Shown in pieces: positions 1-10,453 of a stretch of DNA of 39,558 bases; position 1 is the stretch's first letter, and each line of letters starts with the position of its first letter. The stretch is from Mitosporidium daphniae (Eukaryota). The notes below the pieces were generated by a model. It did not search any database, was not told where the DNA came from, and saw only the letters and a program-made list of their open reading frames with translations. The position numbers and the translations under genes are program-made. The stretch covers positions 62,001-101,558 of the forward strand of contig NW_013546400.1 in assembly GCF_000760515.2 (NCBI RefSeq), written 5' to 3'.

Positions 1-976
1 TTGCTATGCATTTCTTGCATAAAAGGGTTACAAACGCGTGTTCTCAAATCCCAATAGTCAATGCCAACACTTTACATTTGCAAATTTTTTGGTCTTTTTC
101 ATCTTTTCTGGAATAGAAAACCGCGGTTGAAATCCATTGGATGTAAGATCTCTGGGTTTTAGCACACGTCAGAGCACAGCAATTGATCCACTGCTTTTCT
201 CTGGCCGAGTTCTCCAAACTTGATCACAAAATTTAATAGCAATTTTGTACACCTAAAAAAGGGCCGGAAATTCTTGACATACTTTCGGTATGTTATCAAA
301 ACTAACAAAAGTAATCGCAAAGGCACAATATCCGTCCATAGCGATCGCAGGTGATTCTTTATGAGTATAATAATCATACCCTGGTATGTTCATAGTGTGA
401 TGATTTCCTCACATTTTCTATTGATCGATATGTCGGTGTTCCCTTTTCTTCAGCCCTGTCCACAACTAAAAGGAGAATGGAAGGAATGAAGGCGGCTATG
501 AAAGGGATAACGCTAACTATGGAAGGAAAAGCCAAACTCTTGGAGCCCCCATTTTTGTAGTGTTCTTCAGAAAGCTGTTTTCTTGCCTCTTATAGATGGC
601 TTTTTACTCGGGTCTTGGCATCAAATGCAAGCCCTAAATCAAAGAATTACTGAAGGACCAATTAGCTCTGGTCAAACGGCCTGTTTATCAAAGATCCTTA
701 AAGGATTCCATTTATCGATGTAGCAATAATACTACTGAACATGCATTATGTAGATGCTGTGAAAAATTCTCCGTGCATCTCGGGCTTCTAGTAATATCGG
801 TTTGTTAGTCCAGCTCCTCCATCACTAAACGACATTGTTGATAGGCAAAAATATTTCAAATTAAATTTTCCAATGCCTTGTGCACATGAGGGCTTGATAA
901 AATGGCAAGCCAGGATTTAAGCTTGCCAGTGTACTTTAGATTTGTAAAATTACAATATTTTAATTGCATCCCGATC

Positions 977-2517
977 ATGGAAAAAATAGAGGATATCATC
1001 CGACAATCTAACATTCTTTTCGAGGTAGGCTTGATTTTGTTTACGTCCCAGTCTGAAAACATCTCTTCAGCAATTGCATATCTTTTGGTTGCAGAGAAAC
1101 ACGCCAGACAAAACGAGCTTGCAAGTGAAAGTGCACTCATCACCAACCATATTATGTCGCTGTGCTTAAACTCGGGCGATTTTGAGCTCTACAAGTCAAC
1201 GCTAACTACGCTTTGCAAAAAAAGAGGCCAGCTCAAACAGGTACGCCATTCGCTAACTTTTAGACCATCACTTCCCTAGTGCAGCTGGCTCTAGAGCAGC
1301 ATCTGACATTAGAGCGTGACAATGGCAGGCGGGAATCGCTTATTGAAGTCCTGCGGGAAATCACCGATGGAAGAGTATCTTTTTCCCTAATCAATAGGTC
1401 TTTGTGGAGGCTGAACGTGCCAAGCTTGCCTTGTTATTAGCCCGCATTTATGAAGCCGATAAAAAGGATGTACAGGGCGCCGCCCGTATTCTCAACGAAA
1501 TTCAGGTAGCTTTTGTGTCCTATTTTTCAGATTGAGACCTTTGGCTCTCTAAACCTTCAATCAAAGCTGGAGTTTTTACTTGAGCAGATGCGGCTGACTC
1601 TTGAAATTGGCGACACGACAACGGTCCAGATTTTGTCAAAGAAGATGGCCCCTAGGGCCTTTGACGAGCATGAGGCTCTTCGAGCCCGCTACTATGACTT
1701 GCTTGCCTGCTGTAGTCTTCGGCAAGGCGAGTATCTTGCCTGTGCCCGCGCCCTCAAAATGATCTTGGAAAGTGCTGTTTCTAATTCGGAGTTACAGGAG
1801 CGCTATCCGCTTTCCGGGCTTTTGGAGAAAATCATTTGTTTTGTGGTTCTGGCCCCATACTCTCCAGAGCAACAGGATCTCTTGCTCTCCATGAGCAACG
1901 ACGAACGTGCGCAGCAATTGTCTATCCCGCTCTTCTCAATTTTGACTCTCTTTAAAGAAGAGCTGCTGATTCCATCAAGCTCCACTACACAACGTTACGG
2001 GGCAGACCTGCAACGTGTAGCCGGTTCAAAGGCTGTTGCTGGACTCAAGGAACGCATCATGGATCACAATTTGAGGATCATTTCAATTTATTATAAGCGA
2101 ATCTCGCTCGTGCGCCTCTCGCAGCTCCTGATGCCGGATGGTGAGTTTCTAATGGCAATGTACCTCCCATCGACCTCTTATTCTTTTGAATCTCTTTCAG
2201 ATACATCGCTGTCGGCTCCCTCTATTTCGTCAATCGAATCGCCTTTGGCGCTTTCCAAGCCATCAGGGTTTACTCAATTAGAATTGGCAGAGCGACAATT
2301 AAGTTCGGTAATCGCTAGGGGTATTTTGGCACCAAACATTGAGGCAAAGATTGACAGAATCTCAGGCGTGGTCTCCTTTGAAAGAGCTTCCACATCCGTC
2401 GCTCTAGCTTCGTGGGTTGACGGCACCGGTAAAATGCTCAAGGACGTGGTTCATCTCAGCCAGCTGATTGCAAAAGAGGAGGCAGTCCGCCAAGGCGTCC
2501 ATACTGTCAGTCAATAG
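977..2517 (+). CDS. RPN5: 26S proteasome lid subunit Rpn5/PSMD12 (spliced)
   Basis: Removing introns 1025-1051, 1241-1263, 1375-1397 and 1506-1530 gives LCKKRGQLKQ..LREITDGRVFVEAERAKL..NEIQIETFGS..EFLLEQMRL, plus PCI motifs HNLRIISIYYKRISL and AKIDRISGVVSF. A possible extra in-frame intron lies at 2141-2281. Confidence 0.93.
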
Positions 2518-2699
2518 ATAATATAGGCTCCGGATATTTCAGAACAGTCAGCGTAGCTAAACAACTAAAATCAAAAAATTAAACTCAGGCTAACAAGCCA
2601 ACAAAGCAAACGGCAGTTGGAATTGAAAAGGGGTGCACTTGAGGATTTAGGGTTGGGTTTTAATTAAAATCCTGCAATTAAAATTCACAATTTAAACTT

Positions 2700-5600
2700 A
2701 TGCCCTTCCCGGATGATGCTCACCCTGAAGCCGTAGATGACGAGCTTATGCGCATCAGAGCCAAACGAGCTGCTCTCTCATCAGCTGCAATGCTTCCAGA
2801 GATCGTGCAAGTGTCAAGCGATTCTTTAGAAGAGGAGCTTTATGTGGAGACAATCGAGGAGACTAATGATACATACACCAGCGACCAGCCTCACCATATG
2901 GGCGACGAGCTACGCCAAATATCTCATGAAAAAATTATTGCAAAAAGAGAGGATGAGTATCATTCAAGAAGGCGCCTACGTACCCTTTCACCCTCGCGCG
3001 CAGATCCCTTCAGTAAGATTCGGCATAATGCTGACGAGCAGCGCTCTTATGCGGATGTTCTCGCAGAGGGAAAGCTTGCTCGCGAGCAGGCCTCACTGGT
3101 ACGTGAGCTCAGGGGCTCATATCGTCAACGCCAACAAGATGTGTTGGAGCACAGCACTATGCATTTCGAGGGAGATATTACACGTCCAGCAAAACGACAA
3201 TGGGAAATGTCACCATCCTCCGTTGTGGCCGCTGTACCAACAGAAGAAACCCCGGTTAACAGTTCAGAGTGGGAAGATGATGAATTACGGGCCCCTGATA
3301 GCCAAAGCGGGAAGGCTTTCTCATCAGGGGAAACCCCATTATCTGCAAGTGGCACTCCATTATCTTTAACGAGCACACCACTTTCAAGTGTTTCTTCGAC
3401 ATATTCAAGACTTACACGGTGGGATGCCACGCCTGCTCTTTCTGAAGGCATGGGGACGACACCAGTACGGGGCAACAACTGGGCAGCAGGAGCCACACCT
3501 TTGGCAGCGTCTTTGGCGCCAGGTGAAGAGACACCATTACGCTCCGATGTAGGGGAAGAAACTCCAATGCGAGTATTGGGACGGATGTCTGCATCAGTCT
3601 CGACCATTTCCCAGCTGAATATGGCAGCCCGCAATGCGTTCCTTTCAGATGACGAGCTTGATGTAATCCTGCCCTCTACCGGATATTTGATCGTAGATAT
3701 GCCAGCATCGTACGAAGCCAAACGCCATCCCCACACAGAGTCTATGCACCGAAAAAGCCCTGCAGCAGAGCTGGGCCTCTTTGCACTTGGTGGTGAAAGC
3801 TCATCATTTATGGCTGATGGTGGATGGGGCACGGATTCCACTGGTCTTGGCAGCGGGCTTCCGCCGATGAAGCCCGACGACTACCAGCATTTTGGTGCCC
3901 TTCTTGGAGCCATGGATAGAACGGGCGAAGAAGTTTCTTCGCTGACACTTGTCGAAATTCGAGAGCTAAAGTTATTGCGCTTGCTACTAAAGCTCAAAAA
4001 TGGCACGCCGCCTATGCGCAAGATTGCACAGCGACAGATTGTAGAACGTGCACGCGAGTTTGGGCCTGCTCTGCTTTTCGACAAAATTCTGCCATTACTA
4101 ATGAGCCCATCGCTGGAAGATGGGGAACGTCATTTGCTTGTCAAACTTATCGATCGAATATTGTTTCGGTTGGAAGACGGGGTCCGTCCCTTTGTGCATA
4201 AAATCCTCGTAGTTGTGGAGCCTCTACTGATAGACACAGAGCGAGCTACGCGAGCAGAAGGCCGCGAACTTATTTCCAATCTTGCAAAGGCAGCTGGCCT
4301 GGCTACTATGATCGGTGCCATGCGGCCAGATATTGACCATCCAGATGAATATGTGCGGAACTGCACTGCACGAGCATTGGCCGTGGTGGCAATGGCCCTC
4401 GGAATTCCAGCTCTCTTGCCTTTTCTTGCAGCTGTGTCTGCTTCGCAGCGCGGCGGATGGGAAGCACCGCACACGGGCATCCGCACTGTGCAACATATTG
4501 CGGCAATGGCAGGCTGCGGAGTGCTTCCACATCTACGCGAACTTGTCTCATGTGCCTCCGCAGGGCTTGTTCTTTCAGCAGCGAGTGAAAAAAACAGGCT
4601 ATCAGACGGCGACAGAGATAGCTCTGTTTCAGGGCCGCCAGCAAAGGTGCGCACGGCATCTGCGTTAGCGCTCGCTGCATTAGCAGAAGCCTCTGCGCCT
4701 CATGGTATTGAAGCTTTCGAAGGCGTGTTGCGGCCGCTTTGGCTGACCATCCGCCAGGCTCGCGGCCGCGCTTTAGCTGCCATGCTCAAAGCTATTGGGG
4801 CCATCATCCCGTTGATGACAGAGGAGTATGCCTCGTACTATGCGAGAGAGCTCATACCGGTTGTGGTACGTGAAATGGCCACTCCAGACGACGACCTTCG
4901 ACGCACAGTGATCAGCGTTGTGCGTCAAATGGCCGAAATTCCTGGAGCGCTTGGAAGTGCACTTCTCCATTCAAAGATTTTGGATCCATTCTTTAAACAC
5001 CTTTGGACACGGAGGCTCAGCGTCGATAGACGTACCGTCTTTTTGGTGGTCGAAGGTGCCTTGGCAATTGCCAAACGCGTGGGAGCTGGTCCCGTTACTA
5101 AGCTGCTGCTTCCAGCACTTAAAGATGAGGCAGGTAGTTTTCGACGCATGGCATTGGAGCTGTTGGAGCGTTTAGTCCGCGCTCATGTGCCAGTGGGCTG
5201 CCTACAAGCAGCAGGTGCCGACGCTGAGCCCACTCGTTCTGTCGCGCTACTGGTTGACAGTCTTCTTTTTGCGCTACAACATGAGGATGAAGAGGAAGAA
5301 GAGCGCGATGGACTTTCGCGTGTTGCGCGGGCCATGGGTGTGGCCCTTGGAGCTTGCGGTGCATGGATACGTCCACACCTTGGAGGAGAGATCTCCTCCA
5401 TGCTGCTGTGGCGCCTCAACAACAAAAGTGCGCGCATCAGACAGCAAGCGGCAGATGTGATTGCCGAGCTAGCGCCGCTCTGGATTGCCTGTTCGGAAGA
5501 CGCGGCATTACAGAGGCTCGCCGGGGTGCTTTTTGAGTACCTCGGGGAAGAGTTCCCAACCGTGCTGGGTTCCATTATCCGCGCCTTACATGCCATCGTC

Positions 5601-6603
5601 AAAGCATTAGGTACCTCGCGCATGCATCCGCCCATCAAGGATTTGTTGCCGCGCCTAACACCGATTCTAAAGAACCGGCACGAAAAGGTGCAACTTCATT
5701 GTATTGAGCTTGTGGGTCGCATTGCCGGTTCGGCCGCAGAAGCTGTGTCACCACGCGAGTGGATGCGTATTTGTTGGGAACTGCTAGAAACACTACACGC
5801 ACACAGGCGCGCCATCCGCAGAGCAGCTATTCTGTCTTTTGGACACATTGCTAAGGCCATTGGGCCTCAAGATGTGCTCTCGACGCTGCTGGCCAATCTA
5901 CGCGTGCAGGAGCGCCAATCCCGTGTATACACCACCATTGCCATCGCCATTGTCTCAGAGGTATGACACGATCATTTGCCTTTATTTTGTTGCTTGTCAA
6001 TTGATTTTGATGCGCTCTTGCTTTCACTTTCGAGTTACTTATGGTTAGGTATGTGCCCCGTTTACGGTGTTACCCGCATTGATGGCTGAATACCGAGTGC
6101 CCGAGCTTAATGTTCAAAATGGTGTGCTAAAGTCCATTTCTTTTCTTTTCGAATACGTCGGCGAGGTCGGCATCGATTACCTTTACGCGGTTACACCGCT
6201 GCTTGTCGATGCGCTCATGGACCGGGACCATGTCCATCGGCAGACCGCTGCCGCTGCTGTGCGCCACGTGGCTTTGGGTTCTGTCGGCCTCGGCTGTGAG
6301 GATGCCCTGCTTCATCTGCTCAATAACGTTTGGCCAAATATCTTTGAACAATCGCCACACGTCATTATGGCGGTGGTAGATGCGCTGGAGGGGCTCTCCC
6401 TGGCCCTGGGTCCCGCCACGGTCTTTTTATACCTTGCGCAAGGGCTCTTTCACCCTGCTCGGCGCGTACGGCAAGCCGCATGGCGCGTCTATAACATGCT
6501 CTACGTGCTGGGCCAGGAGGCCTTGGTGCCGCTTTTTCCAAGTCACGGAGACGTGCTAGACGCACAGCGGTATGGTCGCGATCATCTGTATCTTGTGCTT
6601 TGA
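2700..6603 (+). CDS. SF3B1: Splicing factor 3B subunit 1 (Hsh155/SAP155)
   Basis: RWDATP/TP repeats, [59 protein letters not shown] and [11 protein letters not shown]. One 88-nt intron (5961-6048) joins [18 protein letters not shown]. Confidence 0.97.
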
Positions 6604-6752
6604 ATCTAAAATAATTAAAACAGGCAATTTAAGTTGACTAGCCACTAGTTAGGTACGAATGGCGTTTCGCATATCAAGTCGCCAGCAACGGTGGGAGCCC
6701 GAATTTCCGCTCTTCATTGGCCAATCGCACAGCTTTAATTTTAATTTAATTG

Positions 6753-7895
6753 ATGCGCTTGCGTATCATTTTGCTTGGCCAGCTTCTTTCGGTCCTCAAT
6801 GCAGCATCTCAGCTCTTTTCTGAGGTGCTCAACAAAAGGCTGCTGGTCGACCTTTCAGGCATACAACCTCTCATTGCATACATAGGCATTTTTCTCGTCA
6901 GCTGCCCTTTTTTCTTCTTTCTGCGGAGAAAGAGCACGTGTAGCGAAAAGGGTAAAGATGGTGAAACCTTGGCAAGCTGTGAGGATCGTTTGATGGGGGT
7001 CTGTTCGCCCCACATGTCTGCCCTTAACCGAACAGATATCTGGAAACATCTGGCTGCAGCATTGCTGGATTGCAGCGCAACATTTCTGGTCGTCCGCTCT
7101 TTCAGACATCTCTCAATTTTCCACGTGGTGTTGCTATTGTCACTCTCGACACCCTTTTCCATGATCTTCTCTGCATTGCTTCTCAAGAGACGATTTTCAA
7201 TGCTGCAAGCCTTTGGAGCCGCTCTTTCGCTGGTTGCCGTTTCAGCATTCATTTTGTTTCCAATGAAAGGAATTTACGAACACCAGAACCCGAGACCCGT
7301 AAACACCGGCTCTTTAACCATGAAAGCCGAGAACGAATCCGGGTCTTGGGAATATACATTGGGATTGGCAATGGGCGCCTCTTCCGCCGCGCTTTATGCG
7401 CTCTCAAATATTGCACAGGAGTTGCTTATTAGGCGCAATGGGATTCTTTCTTTCCTATTCTGCCTCGGTCTTTTTGGAACTATCGCCTCACTTGGCCTGT
7501 GTCTCTTGATAATCGAAAATCCAATCGGACTACTCCGGTCGCTTTTTGAAGAGCCTAATGGAGAGGGGGAAGGCATAGCGTCTTTTCTCTGTCTCATGGG
7601 ATTTGGTGTTTCCTTGCTTCTTTTCTACTGTATAAATCCTCTTTTTTTGCGCGCATATGGGGCCACGACTTTCAATCTCTCTCTGCTCACATCAATTATA
7701 TATAGCAGTGGCGGTACCGCCTTGTGGTGGTGGCTGGGATGGCGGTCGGCCGATACAGAGTTCAATGGAATGGGCGCCTTTCTGATCCAGTATGCGATGG
7801 TTCTTGTCGCCGTGCTTCTTGGTCAGTATCTTTTTCTCAGGAAAGATTGCAAGCAAAATTTGATGAACGCTGGCCGAGTGTTCGACACATCATAA
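6753..7895 (+). CDS. SLC35F1/F2-like (DUF914) DMT-superfamily transporter
   Basis: Intronless multi-TM ORF with LGQLLS, ALLD..A.FLVV, LYALSN..QE and GATTFNLSLLTS motifs typical of the SLC35F family. First ATG at 6753. Confidence 0.8.
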   Translation: MRLRIILLGQLLSVLNAASQLFSEVLNKRLLVDLSGIQPLIAYIGIFLVSCPFFFFLRRKSTCSEKGKDGETLASCEDRLMGVCSPHMSALNRTDIWKHLAAALLDCSATFLVVRSFRHLSIFHVVLLLSLSTPFSMIFSALLLKRRFSMLQAFGAALSLVAVSAFILFPMKGIYEHQNPRPVNTGSLTMKAENESGSWEYTLGLAMGASSAALYALSNIAQELLIRRNGILSFLFCLGLFGTIASLGLCLLIIENPIGLLRSLFEEPNGEGEGIASFLCLMGFGVSLLLFYCINPLFLRAYGATTFNLSLLTSIIYSSGGTALWWWLGWRSADTEFNGMGAFLIQYAMVLVAVLLGQYLFLRKDCKQNLMNAGRVFDTS

Positions 7896-8061
7896 TGCCG
7901 GTTTAAGGCTTTCTAACTCCGCCTCGGGAAGGGCATCAAAAATGGCCTATTAATTTATTCGCAATGGGGTTTGATGTCTTTTAAATTTAATGGCATTAAA
8001 GCGCGTTAAAATTGCAGTTTATTAAATTTGCTTCAAATCGTAAATCGTAACATCATCCGGA

Positions 8062-9930
8062 ATGGTGGAGAGGATTTTTGACTCTACACTCCCGCTTTAC
8101 GTTGTCCCCATTCCTGCACATGCCGCCATAGCAGCAAATGCAGGCACAGACGGAGCATCTTCCTTCGGGATCAGCCCTTTGGATCAAGACTCCGTCCCAG
8201 GCGCATATGCATCTTCTAGCTCGCTTATGACGACTTTCCTTCCGCTCAATTTTTGGTTAATGGCCTCGCCTGCGGGAATCTCTGGAAGTTCCTCATCACC
8301 ATTGGGTTCTTATACTACTACATGTACCCGCCGGCAGTTGTCCGTCCAACTTGAGCGCGGGAAATCGGATGGGCAGCGAGTAAGGCGAATTGTAGCTTAT
8401 CAGTAGTGGATGGCGCTCTCGATTACAGATCCCACGGACCCCCTTTTCTATTATGAACAGAGACTCGACGAAGAGGGTTATGGGCGCATGCGCGCGGAAC
8501 AGCAAATACTGGTTCCTCTTGAATCTTTTACAGAACAATTGGCAGCCTTCCTGAAGGCCACGGCCCCACCGCACAATAATGGCGGTGCGGCAGCACCTGT
8601 TATGCCTCCAAAGTACATTTTTTTGTCATGACGTAGAATGGCCGCCTGTCTTGCGACACATGCCGCCGGCTGGGCCCTTTTTCAAATCATCGAAACGTCC
8701 TCCTTCAAGCACATTGTGCATCTCTCGCTTAGGGTTGATCGTCTCTCTGACGATGGCATGAAGCGGCGACTTGCACAAATGGCTATCTCAGCCCTGGCAG
8801 AAGTGAGCGCTCTTAAGGCTCGTCTTTCGGAAACACTTCGCGACACGGACTCCTTTACACATTCCATTACTGCCGAGAGAGATGCCCTTAGGGCATCTCT
8901 AGATGGTCTTTCCTCTTCACTTGAGAAGCTTGGACGAGACGGGAGCACTGCCCAAGGCACTACTACCATGCTTGGACCACTTGCGGAGCGTATTGCCTTG
9001 CTTAAGGATGCCCTAAGAGATCGAGACCTTTCTATGGCGCGGAGTTCAGAACTGGAGGCAACTCTTCGTAAAAGAGATGATGAAATCGCAGTGCTAACTG
9101 CATCAGTCACCAAATTGAGGGACGAACTTTCGCGCGTCGATACGCTACGCTCAGAGCTTGCACGAAAACGTGCGCTTTTGGAGGAAATAGAATCTGTTTC
9201 AGCTGAGCGGGAGGAGCGCATCGTCGCCCTTAAGACAGAGCTACGTGCAGCTAAAGAGGCAAAGGTATTTTGTCCTTTTGATTCGTGTAGATCAAAGCAG
9301 AAGAAGAAGCTGCTTGCAATGTCGCCAAAATCTCGCAGCTTGACACGGAATTGTCGATGAAAAGTGATGAGGCCCTTAAATTGACCGAAGAATTGGTAAC
9401 GTTTCAGGCAGAAGTGCGCGCAGCTAAGGGAAAAACTCGAGCCAAATCTGCAATTATCCATTCCAAGTCGCAGGAGCTTGAGGCAGCGCTTTCCAATCTC
9501 GCTGAAGAGAGGGCAAATATTTCTCTGCTGACTGAGGCGTTGAATTCTGCCCAGGAGCGCATTAGTCAGCTCGAAAACGAAAACAAGGACCTAAGGGGCA
9601 GGATAGACAAGTATGACAGGGGTAAGAGATCAGTTTAAGTCAACTCTAGTTTCTGAGTGGATGCGACGGCGATTAGGTGGCGAAAGCGAGGTAATTGCCC
9701 CGCCCACTGCCTCTGCTTTTCAAAAAAAGACTGGTGCTGGCGGCGCAAACACGCTTGCAGATCTGCATTCAATGATCACCAGATTGGGAATGGCCACACC
9801 TGGGGGGCATTTATCTTCAAATCCTGTAGGAACAGCCATATCACCCCCTCTTCAAAGCACATCATCTTTTAGCCCTGTCGAGCCAGGCGATCTCCCTACC
9901 CCTCCACAGCCCTCCGGGCATCTCATATAA
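8062..9930 (+). CDS. SAS6: Centriolar cartwheel protein SAS-6 homolog (spliced)
   Basis: Introns 8380-8406, 8613-8636, 9265-9290 and 9622-9649. The head domain has ITDPTDPLFYY..LDEEGYGRMRAEQQILV..F and FQIIETSSFKHIVHLSL, matching the SAS-6 PISA and 'ExNxFKHLxHLSL' motifs. A long coiled coil and a P/S-rich tail follow. Confidence 0.88.
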
Positions 9931-10115
9931 TCTGCGAATCCAGAAAATTGCGGGATACCGTTGCTATTTTATTGATCTTTACATGGGAAATTTTCCGAGT
10001 TATGAGATTCGCAATAAATGACGGAAATACCTTAAATAGCCGATTGCCTTCAATTTCAAGGGTTTACACGCGCCAATCCATTTTCAAGCGAGCGTTTAAA
10101 AAATTAAAAAGATAG

Positions 10116-10234
10116 AACCTACAGCACGCAGTATTCCCATGCGGTCACCCATCATAGTACTGACTGCGCCAGCACTGGCTTGACTTCGGGGATCGGACGA
10201 GACCCGGTGTTTTCCAGTGTGTATGGCCGTAGAT
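10116..10234 (-). rRNA. 5S rRNA (single dispersed copy)
   Basis: The reverse complement ATCTACGGCCATAC...CTCGTCCGATC...GAAGTCAAGC...AGTACTATGATGGGTGACCGCATGGGAATAC...GCTGTAGGTT is 119 nt long. The ends pair (helix I) and T-runs follow as a Pol III terminator. Confidence 0.95.
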
Positions 10235-10453
10235 ATTGAGCTGATAAAATAATTTAATATATTAATAAATTTTGAATATGTATCCGTATTATCAACACTC
10301 ACCGAGACCTTTTGCTTGTATATATACACGTTGAAGCTTTTATAGATGGGTTAATTGATTGTTTTTCATCGGAATCAATATGTAGCAAGGTATATATGTT
10401 TATTCTTGGAACATTGATAATTTATTTATTTATTTATTTAATTTTTATCCCAT

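Noticed and set aside
3125..5638. Long antisense and alternate-frame ORFs over SF3B1 (and similarly over SAS-6, DIS3, MSH1 and IDH)
   Set aside because: They are shadows of GC-richer coding sequence with no recognisable motifs. The sense gene explains the region.
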